Shown here in pieces: positions 37,241-43,849 of a DNA stretch of 59,311 bases. The position numbers and the translations under genes were made by a program. Under the pieces are notes generated by a model. The model made no database searches. It saw only the letters and a program-made list of their open reading frames with translations, and had not been told where the DNA came from. The DNA lies in the NCBI GenBank assembly GCA_964505155.1, contig CAZDGL010000005.1:1-59311 (forward strand). Reading direction: 5' to 3'. Numbering within the stretch: position 1 is the first letter of the stretch; every line of letters starts with the position of its first letter. The stretch is from an uncultured Candidatus Saccharibacteria bacterium. Lineage in GTDB: Bacteria > Patescibacteriota > Minisyncoccia > Phycocordibacterales > UBA9973.

Positions 37241-37321
37241 AGTAAAAAGGGTTACATTATTTGAGCAGTGAGGACTCTGCGTAGGCATCCGCAACAAGCA
37301 AATGATGTAACCCTTTTTACT
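37241..37321. repeat. Inverted-repeat element B
   Basis: 23-bp arms (one mismatch) around a core homologous to the reverse complement of core A. Confidence 0.75.
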
Positions 37322-37330
37322 AAAAACAAA

Positions 37331-37349
37331 AGAAGGTTTTAAGCCTTCT
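37331..37349 (-). terminator. Terminator directly after the Cys-rich small ORF
   Basis: AGAAGG-N7-CCTTCT followed by TTTGTTTTT on the minus strand. Confidence 0.6.
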
Positions 37350-37355
37350 CAAAAA

Positions 37356-37481
37356 TTAACACCAACCCTTACAACTTCCTGCCTCCGTACACGCAACGTA
37401 ACCTACGTCACACTTAAAACAAGACTGTTTGGGGTTTTTGTTTCTAAAAAGAAACTTTGTAAAGAATCTCAGGATTGCCAT
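37356..37481 (-). CDS. Unannotated 41-aa Cys-rich peptide MAILRFFTKFLFRNKNPKQSCFKCDVGYVACTEAGSCKGWC
   Basis: Hand translated; below the ORF track cutoff; upstream TATAAT (37523-37528) and downstream terminator. Confidence 0.5.
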   Translation of the reverse strand: MAILRFFTKFLFRNKNPKQSCFKCDVGYVACTEAGSCKGWC

Positions 37482-37546
37482 TGTTGTTTTTTAAATAAAA
37501 TAAATAGATCGTTTCTTATAAAATTATAAGATAAAAAAACAAAAAA

Positions 37547-37680
37547 ACATAAATCTCTAAACAGTCCGTATGAGGACAAGCCAGCATACGTAAAGCATGA
37601 TTGTAGGATAGCTCCAGTCGAAACCAAGGCGTCCTGCGCCTACACTTAGAACCGGAGGCTGACTGCTTAGAGATTTATGT
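37547..37680. ncRNA. Structured ncRNA candidate (6S-RNA-like long irregular hairpin)
   Basis: Perfect 14-bp closing stem plus CAGTC/GACTG; internal helices CGTATG/CATACG and TGTAGG/CCTACA; GC-rich within an AT-rich spacer; strand uncertain. Confidence 0.5.
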
Positions 37681-37742
37681 CTTCTTGATGTAAAATACTC
37701 TTGTATTTATTTCCAAGAACAATATAGCATATACTAAATATT

Positions 37743-38732
37743 ATGTCAATAGACGATACAACCTCCAATTTTTCTCCTGCTGAAGACCAGTTTTCGGACA
37801 ATGTTTTGCGTCCACAATCTTTTGATGACTATATCGGACAAGAACACATCAAAAAAAATCTAAGTGTGCTCATTGGCGCTGCTAAAGAACGCGGTCACAA
37901 CCCTGAGCACATACTTTTTTATGGGCCACCAGGCTTAGGAAAGACTACTTTGGCACACGTTATCGCTCGTGAAGTTGGAGCGAATATAAAAATCACATCT
38001 GGTCCATCTATCGAACGTGTTGGCGACCTTGCTGCTATCCTTACCAACCTCCAGCCCGGTGACATGCTCTTTATAGATGAGATACATCGCCTCAACAAAA
38101 ACATAGAGGAGGTGCTCTACCCTGTCATGGAAACAGGCAAGCTCGATATCATGATCGGCAAAGGCCCGAGTGCTCGCACTGTTCAACTCGACTTACCACC
38201 TTTTACTTTGCTTGGCGCTACTACTCGCTTTGGGATGATTAGCGCGCCACTACGCAGTCGTTTCTCTGGTGGAGCATTTCGTCTAGAGTTTTATACTCCA
38301 AGTGAAATAGGTACTATTTTAAATCGCTCAGCCAATATCCTAAACATCTCTCTACCAGAGAGTGCCAAAGAAAATATCGCCAAAAGAAGCCGCCAAACTC
38401 CCCGTATCGCCAACTACCTACTTCGCCGAGTACGAGACTATGCACAAATGAATCGTAGCAACCTCGATGAAAGTTCTGTAAAAAAGGCCTTCGAAATGCT
38501 TGGGCTCGATGAACATGGTCTTGGCAATCAAGATCTCGTCTTTATGAAAACTATACTGGAGAAATTTGGTGGTGGGCCTGTCGGAGTCAAAAACATCGCT
38601 ACTGCTATGGGTGAAGATGAGGGTACCATCGAAGATGTAGTGGAGCCATACCTCATCCAGCTCGGATTCCTCGAACGCACTCCCCGTGGCCGAATCATTA
38701 CCGAAAAAGGAAAAGAGTATTTGAAAAAATAA
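37743..38732 (+). CDS. ruvB: Holliday junction branch migration DNA helicase RuvB
   Basis: LRPQSFDDYIGQ, GPPGLGKTT, LFIDEIHRL, ERTPRGR. Confidence 0.98.
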   Translation: MSIDDTTSNFSPAEDQFSDNVLRPQSFDDYIGQEHIKKNLSVLIGAAKERGHNPEHILFYGPPGLGKTTLAHVIAREVGANIKITSGPSIERVGDLAAILTNLQPGDMLFIDEIHRLNKNIEEVLYPVMETGKLDIMIGKGPSARTVQLDLPPFTLLGATTRFGMISAPLRSRFSGGAFRLEFYTPSEIGTILNRSANILNISLPESAKENIAKRSRQTPRIANYLLRRVRDYAQMNRSNLDESSVKKAFEMLGLDEHGLGNQDLVFMKTILEKFGGGPVGVKNIATAMGEDEGTIEDVVEPYLIQLGFLERTPRGRIITEKGKEYLKK

Positions 38733-39247
38733 TGTTAAATCAAAAACAAAAAGTTATCGCTATAGATCCAGGATACGATCGCTGTGGAGTTGCAGTTTTG
38801 GAACAGGCTGCAGGAAAACCTGAGGTCATATTTTCTACTTGTATCACCAGCACCAAAACAGATGAGCAGTATTTGCGTTTGGCTTCTATATTTAAAGAGC
38901 TTGAAAAAGTAATCCGAGAATACTATCCGACCCATATGGCGATAGAGACGCTATTTTTCTCAGTCAACAAAAAGACTGCTATCAAGGTGGCGGAAGCAAG
39001 AGGCGCAATTCTTGCCCTAGCTGGCACGCAAGGGCTCAGTGTGCTGGAGCTCTCTCCTCAAGCAGTCAAAATATCTATGACAGGCACAGGAAACGCTACA
39101 AAAGAGCAAATAGAAAAGATGGTAAAACTGACAGTAAAACTCCCAGAAAAGAACAAACTTGATGATGAGATAGACGCTATCGCGCTCGGAGTAGCGAGCC
39201 TACAAATACTACACCTTGAAAATATAAAAAAGGGTATTGCCAAATAA
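38732..39247 (+). CDS. ruvC: Crossover junction endodeoxyribonuclease RuvC
   Basis: AIDPGYDRCG, MAIETLFF, VAEARG, DDEIDAIAL. Confidence 0.96.
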   Translation: MLNQKQKVIAIDPGYDRCGVAVLEQAAGKPEVIFSTCITSTKTDEQYLRLASIFKELEKVIREYYPTHMAIETLFFSVNKKTAIKVAEARGAILALAGTQGLSVLELSPQAVKISMTGTGNATKEQIEKMVKLTVKLPEKNKLDDEIDAIALGVASLQILHLENIKKGIAK

Positions 39248-39305
39248 AACGGTATTTGATACAACTTATAGCATTAAAAGCTGATAAAAATATATTTCGT
39301 AAAAT

Positions 39306-39545
39306 ATGGATTTAGATACAGGTAACACAGTAAACGAAGATGAATTAAATGATCTTGGTATAAAGAAAAAAAATGACGCCGATATAGACGTTGACCCAGA
39401 CGCTTTACTCGACCCAGAAGAAGTAGTAGACCCTCTCTCAGAAGAAGAGGGTAAGGAAGAGGAAGACAGAGGTATGTTTGGCGAAGATGCAGAACTCGAA
39501 AGATACGTACTAGATCCCTACGAAGACAATAAAGAATATAACTAA
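39306..39545 (+). CDS. Small, highly acidic protein
   Basis: 79 aa, 30 of them Asp/Glu; followed by a terminator. Confidence 0.75.
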   Translation: MDLDTGNTVNEDELNDLGIKKKNDADIDVDPDALLDPEEVVDPLSEEEGKEEEDRGMFGEDAELERYVLDPYEDNKEYN

Positions 39546-39580
39546 ACAATAAAACCACCAAAAGGGTGGTTTTATTGTTT
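39544..39580. terminator. Bidirectional terminator
   Basis: AAACAATAAAACCACC-N5-GGTGGTTTTATTGTTT between convergent genes. Confidence 0.8.
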
Positions 39581-39587
39581 TAAAAAA

Positions 39588-39983
39588 CTATTCTCCTTCT
39601 TCAAAATCTAATGAACAAGAGTTGATGCAGTAATGCTTACCCGTAGAAGTCTCTTCGTCATCAAAAAGATGTCCGAGGTGGGCGGCACAGTTAGCGCAGA
39701 GTACTTCTGTCCTCTTGTAACCAAGTTTTATGTCATCCTTAAACACAACCGAGCCAGGCACAGCATTTTCAAATGCCGGCCAACCACGAAGCCCGAGCGG
39801 TCCCTCAACAGAATTTAGTTTGGTATCTGAAGCAAAGAGTAAAGCTCCGCAAACCTTGCATCTGTATTCGCCTTTTTGATCATTATCCCAGTATTTGTTG
39901 TCAAAAGGTTTTTCAGTGCCCCCATGTTGGGTAACTATTATTTCTTCCTGTGAAAGAGTTTTTAACTTTTGTTCTTTATCCAT
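39588..39983 (-). CDS. msrB: Peptide-methionine (R)-S-oxide reductase
   Basis: GTEKPF, CKVCG..LF, GWPAF, RTEVLC.NC..HLGHLFDD, HYCINS. Confidence 0.96.
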   Translation of the reverse strand: MDKEQKLKTLSQEEIIVTQHGGTEKPFDNKYWDNDQKGEYRCKVCGALLFASDTKLNSVEGPLGLRGWPAFENAVPGSVVFKDDIKLGYKRTEVLCANCAAHLGHLFDDEETSTGKHYCINSCSLDFEEGE

Positions 39984-40001
39984 GAGATAAGTATACTCTC
40001 C

Positions 40002-40463
40002 TTATTTTCTAGAGCACTTCTCACAAGCACAACCCTTTGGTTTGATGTGTTCATCAAAGTATTCTTTGCCGTAGTCATAGTTGAGCTCTTCTCCTACTGC
40101 GATAGCGCGCTTAGCATATACAAAGACTCTTCCTCTAACAATATCTACTTCACAGTTAGGCTTACACGAGTGGTTGATATAGCGAGCGATGTTGGTGCGC
40201 GCAGTACCGTCTATATGCCTGTTTTTAGAAGTTTGAAATAGATAGCGACCCCCCCTGCGATTTGCTTCAGCGTCGTTTATGATTTCTCCGACGTATTCAA
40301 TAATGCAATCACCTTTTTTCATGGGCACCTTGGCAAAGAGTCCGAGGCCATTGACCCCACGCTTGGTGGCTAAGTCTTGTGGGTATTTATATATAGGGAC
40401 ATTTTTTGGGAATCCGCCAGCTGGCGGATTTTTCTTTGTTTTCTTAACAGTTTTCTTTTTCAT
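40002..40463 (-). CDS. SET-domain protein-lysine methyltransferase
   Basis: GLGLFA, IIEYVGE, NIARYINHSCKPN, GEELNYDYG, post-SET CACEKC. Confidence 0.93.
   Translation of the reverse strand: MKKKTVKKTKKNPPAGGFPKNVPIYKYPQDLATKRGVNGLGLFAKVPMKKGDCIIEYVGEIINDAEANRRGGRYLFQTSKNRHIDGTARTNIARYINHSCKPNCEVDIVRGRVFVYAKRAIAVGEELNYDYGKEYFDEHIKPKGCACEKCSRK
40411..40430. repeat. Perfect 20-bp palindrome inside the SET coding sequence
   Basis: AATCCGCCAG-CTGGCGGATT, read in frame as NPPAGG. Confidence 0.75.
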
Positions 40464-40483
40464 AAAGCTCAATTGTATCACAG

Positions 40484-41344
40484 TTATTTAGACCACTTTG
40501 CGTAAATACCTGTTGTAAGTACACGATCGGTATTTTTTTGCTCTATGCCGATGTCACCATAGGAAATATTTCCGTTAGGTAGTGCCTGTGCAAGCAGTTC
40601 GGCAAAGGTTCGGGCTGAGTATTCAGCTGCATAGCCGTTTAGGATGACTAGGCGAGCCTTTAGAGAAAGTATTTGGGGTATCAAAGAGAGTAGCTCAGAA
40701 AGAGAGTCTTGTATCTTCCACACCTCCCCTTTTGGTCCACGACCAAAAGCCGGCGGGTCCATAACTATAACTTCAAACTGCTCACCTCTTTGAATGAGCC
40801 TTTTTACATATCTCAAAGTATCTTCACAAACAACTCTAATACTGTCGTTTGGTAGCCCAGAGAGGCGCATGTTTTCTTTGACAGTAGCGATGGTGGTCTT
40901 GGAAGCGTCTATGTGTGTCACCTCCATACCTGCGAGCGCTCCAGCTACACTAGCAGCTCCTGTATAACCAAAAAGGTTGAGCATTCTGAGCCCTTTGTTT
41001 TTGGTCCCTAGAGCAATTATTTCATCCCAATGATGAGAGTGTTCTGGAAAAACACCAACATGCTTGAAACCCTTACATGAGAGTTCTAGAGTAATGTCTT
41101 TGTAAGAAAAGTTCCAAACCTCTGCCAACCCTTTATCGAGTTTCCACCTCTCACCTTTTTGTGCCCAGACAAACTGCGCATTTGAAGTGGTCCAAATCTT
41201 TGGATCAGACTTTTTCCAAAGGACTTGTGGATCAGGTCTGTCTGTCACTACAGTACCAAACCTTTCAAGTTTTCTACCCTCTCCAGAATCTAGGAGCTCA
41301 TAATCAGTCCAAGTCGAAATAGTGATGTCTTCTCTTTTAATCAT
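40484..41344 (-). CDS. Class I SAM-dependent methyltransferase (RlmI/RlmK-like)
   Basis: LLDSG.G.KLERFG, HVGVFPE, LNLFGYTGAAS, IVMDPPAFGRG. Confidence 0.9.
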   Translation of the reverse strand: MIKREDITISTWTDYELLDSGEGRKLERFGTVVTDRPDPQVLWKKSDPKIWTTSNAQFVWAQKGERWKLDKGLAEVWNFSYKDITLELSCKGFKHVGVFPEHSHHWDEIIALGTKNKGLRMLNLFGYTGAASVAGALAGMEVTHIDASKTTIATVKENMRLSGLPNDSIRVVCEDTLRYVKRLIQRGEQFEVIVMDPPAFGRGPKGEVWKIQDSLSELLSLIPQILSLKARLVILNGYAAEYSARTFAELLAQALPNGNISYGDIGIEQKNTDRVLTTGIYAKWSK

Positions 41345-42242
41345 TGTTTTTGTAGATTTGATTTAATGCTCCCAAAAGATCTGGGTATTTAAAAACAAAA
41401 CCTTTGTCCATAAGTTTCTTTGGAGAGACTTTTTGGTTTTTGGTTATTTCTTCAAAAAACTTTCCAAACATTTTCTTGGCTATAAATTTAGGCACACTTC
41501 CTAGAAGCTTTCTTCCAATAGTGCGAGCTAAGGTTTTCATAAAGTCACTGTGTTTTATAGGGTTGGGAGAAGAAGCGTTAAACTGTCCTTGTAAGGTGGT
41601 GGTCTCTAGTGCAAAAAGATAAGTATTTACTATATCTTCCTCATGAATCCACGACATCCAAAAATCTTGTTTTTTGAGTTTCAACAAAAAGCCAAACTTG
41701 GCTGTCTTAGTCATTTGTGAGAGAAATCCTCCGTGCCCTAAAACCGGAGCAGTTCTAACAGAGACGGTTCGGACGCCTAAACTGGTCGCTTCTTTAGTTA
41801 TCGCTTCCCATGAGTCTACAACTTCTGCCAAAAACCCCTCACCACGAGGACAAGACTCATCGCAAGTATCGTCTTTTGTATCTCCATAATATCCGATAGC
41901 TGAAGCGCAGATGAAACAAAGTGGTTTATTTTTGGTATTTTTTATTGTTTCAATGATGTGTTTAGTACTTTCTATACGACTAGAGTATATAGCTTTCATG
42001 CTATTTGGTGTCCACTTGGTAGCTATGTTTACACCGGCAAGATTTATAACAGCATCGGTTTGTTCAAGAACATCATAAGGAAGAGGGCTAGTAGAAATAT
42101 CACAGCGGATAAAGAAAAGTTCTGGGTGAATAATGCTTGGAGACTTGATGTCTATAACTACCACTCTATGCCCAAGAGAAAGAAGTCTTTGGGATAAAAG
42201 CGATCCGATATAACCACTTCCCCCTGCAATAACTATTGTCAT
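41337..42242 (-). CDS. TIGR01777-like NAD-dependent epimerase (YfcH family)
   Basis: IAGGSGYIG, AVINLAG, SRIESTK, SAIGYYG, SWIHEED, P.KLMDKGFVFKYP. Confidence 0.92.
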   Translation of the reverse strand: MTIVIAGGSGYIGSLLSQRLLSLGHRVVVIDIKSPSIIHPELFFIRCDISTSPLPYDVLEQTDAVINLAGVNIATKWTPNSMKAIYSSRIESTKHIIETIKNTKNKPLCFICASAIGYYGDTKDDTCDESCPRGEGFLAEVVDSWEAITKEATSLGVRTVSVRTAPVLGHGGFLSQMTKTAKFGFLLKLKKQDFWMSWIHEEDIVNTYLFALETTTLQGQFNASSPNPIKHSDFMKTLARTIGRKLLGSVPKFIAKKMFGKFFEEITKNQKVSPKKLMDKGFVFKYPDLLGALNQIYKNND

Positions 42243-42311
42243 ATACACCATTTTAACACGAGCAAGTATCATAAGAGCAAATGACAACATTTATAACGTT
42301 TGTCATCTTTA

Positions 42312-42339
42312 TTGCAAAAAATACAAACTAAGGTAGTAT
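42312..42339 (+). promoter_or_regulatory. Promoter TTGCAA-N16-TAGTAT upstream of MITE copy 2
   Basis: Near-consensus boxes ending 10 nt before the duplicated ATG at 42350. Confidence 0.5.
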
Positions 42340-42354
42340 CAGCCTTATAATGGA

Positions 42355-42464
42355 TCCCGTTAGAAACCGCGGTCGCGGTAGGGGTTAAAAAATATGGTTG
42401 AAAAAAATATTAAACAAATAAGACTAACTGTGTTTGCGGTGACCGCGACCTGTTTCTAATCGGG
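42355..42464 (+). mobile_element. 110-bp MITE, copy 2, flanked by a duplicated ATGGA
   Basis: TIRs TCCCGTTAGAAAC / GTTTCTAATCGGG; homologous to 19369-19477. Confidence 0.85.
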
Positions 42465-42611
42465 ATGGAAGCCATAGAAAAAACAGCTATTTTTATACTC
42501 CGATTTTTAGGATTTGTTGTCCTATCTATTTTCTTTTTACCCTCTTTTTTGATAGTTACTTATCTGCAAGACTCTTGGAGTAAAATGCTTGCGGACATAT
42601 TTAAGGTTTAG
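42465..42611 (+). CDS. Unannotated 48-aa single-TM protein MEAIEKTAIFILRFLGFVVLSIFFLPSFLIVTYLQDSWSKMLADIFKV
   Basis: Hand translated; the ATG is the right-hand target duplication; stop overlaps the tyrS stop. Confidence 0.6.
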   Translation: MEAIEKTAIFILRFLGFVVLSIFFLPSFLIVTYLQDSWSKMLADIFKV

Positions 42612-43786
42612 ACGATTTTTATAAAACGATTTTTACCTATCTTGTATGTTCCTTTTTCTGGAACTTTTTTTATTTCTTCAAAAGAGAGTGTTTGGTCTTT
42701 TTCTAAGTGCGAGATAGCACCTGCTTCTGCAAGTCTTCTTGCTTCGCCTTTTGAGGAAACAATTTTTTGTTCCACCAAGATATCTTGAAGTTCTAGGCTT
42801 TGGTTTTTTATCTCTTTTATATCTATTGGTATTTCCTTTTTTTGAAAAGTATTTACAAAATGCTCTTGTGCAAACATTGCACTCTTTTCTCCATGAACAC
42901 TTTTGGTTATTTCCAAAGCCAGTTTCATTTTGGCATCTCTTGGGTTACCTAGTATTATTTTGTCTAATTCTTCTTTTGAAACATCTGTACAAAGTTCAAA
43001 ACCAACACCCATCATAGAGTCAGACCAACTCATAACCTTGCCATAGATATCTTCTGGTTTATCCACAAGAGCAATCATATTACCCTCAGATTTACTCATC
43101 TTTTTACCATTTTGATCTGCCAAAAGCTTCATGGTTATGACAAATTTTTCTTTGTTTTTGAGTTGTTTAAGTAGTGTCCTACCAGCGAGCATGTTAAAGA
43201 GTTGGTCATTCCCACCAACTTCACCATCGACATTCATTGCCACACTGTCGTAGCCCTGCATAAGTGGGTATAGAAATTCGTGAATATAAACAGGCTTACC
43301 CTCCTCATGCCTTTTGACAAACATGTCTCGCTTTTGCATTTGCTCTACAGTCATCTGTGAAGCTAAAAAAAGCACATCGGCAAATTTCATTTTTCCCAAC
43401 CAGTCGTTGTTGAACTTCACCAAGGCTTTGTTTCTTCCAGAAAAAGAAATAAAAGAGCTTGCTTGTTTTTTGTAAAGCTTGAGGTTTGTTTTTATTTCTT
43501 TTTCGGTCAAAAGTTTTCTAACCACCGACTTATCAGTTGGATCTCCTGCTCGAGCAGTAAAATCTCCTATCAAAAATATTATTTGGTGGCCAAGATCTTG
43601 AAATTGTTTGAGTTTTCTGAGGGTTATAGCGTGGCCAATATGAAGAGTTGGGGCTGTCGGATCAAATCCACAATAGATAGTGAGTCTTTTATCAGAATTG
43701 AGCTCTTTTTTAAGGAATTCTACATTTGGGAGTATTTGCTCTACTCCTTTTGTAAGAAGTGTTTGTATTTGTTCGTCTCTAGTCAT
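42608..43786 (-). CDS. tyrS: Tyrosine--tRNA ligase
   Basis: YCGFDPTAPTLHIGH, YPLMQGYDS, GGNDQLFN, KMSKS, C-terminal S4 domain. Confidence 0.98.
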   Translation of the reverse strand: MTRDEQIQTLLTKGVEQILPNVEFLKKELNSDKRLTIYCGFDPTAPTLHIGHAITLRKLKQFQDLGHQIIFLIGDFTARAGDPTDKSVVRKLLTEKEIKTNLKLYKKQASSFISFSGRNKALVKFNNDWLGKMKFADVLFLASQMTVEQMQKRDMFVKRHEEGKPVYIHEFLYPLMQGYDSVAMNVDGEVGGNDQLFNMLAGRTLLKQLKNKEKFVITMKLLADQNGKKMSKSEGNMIALVDKPEDIYGKVMSWSDSMMGVGFELCTDVSKEELDKIILGNPRDAKMKLALEITKSVHGEKSAMFAQEHFVNTFQKKEIPIDIKEIKNQSLELQDILVEQKIVSSKGEARRLAEAGAISHLEKDQTLSFEEIKKVPEKGTYKIGKNRFIKIV

Positions 43787-43849
43787 ATATAGATGCATTC
43801 TAGCACTATTTTGTTGGTTTTTTAACCATTTATAGCTATTATTAACAGT

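Noticed and set aside
12703-37321. Possible CRISPR array among the many palindromes
   Set aside because: No regularly spaced direct repeats with unique spacers, and no cas genes
37547-37680. Pistol or hammerhead ribozyme, or TPP / c-di-AMP riboswitch identity for the structured RNA
   Set aside because: Only short fragments resemble these motifs; the catalytic or ligand-binding cores are missing
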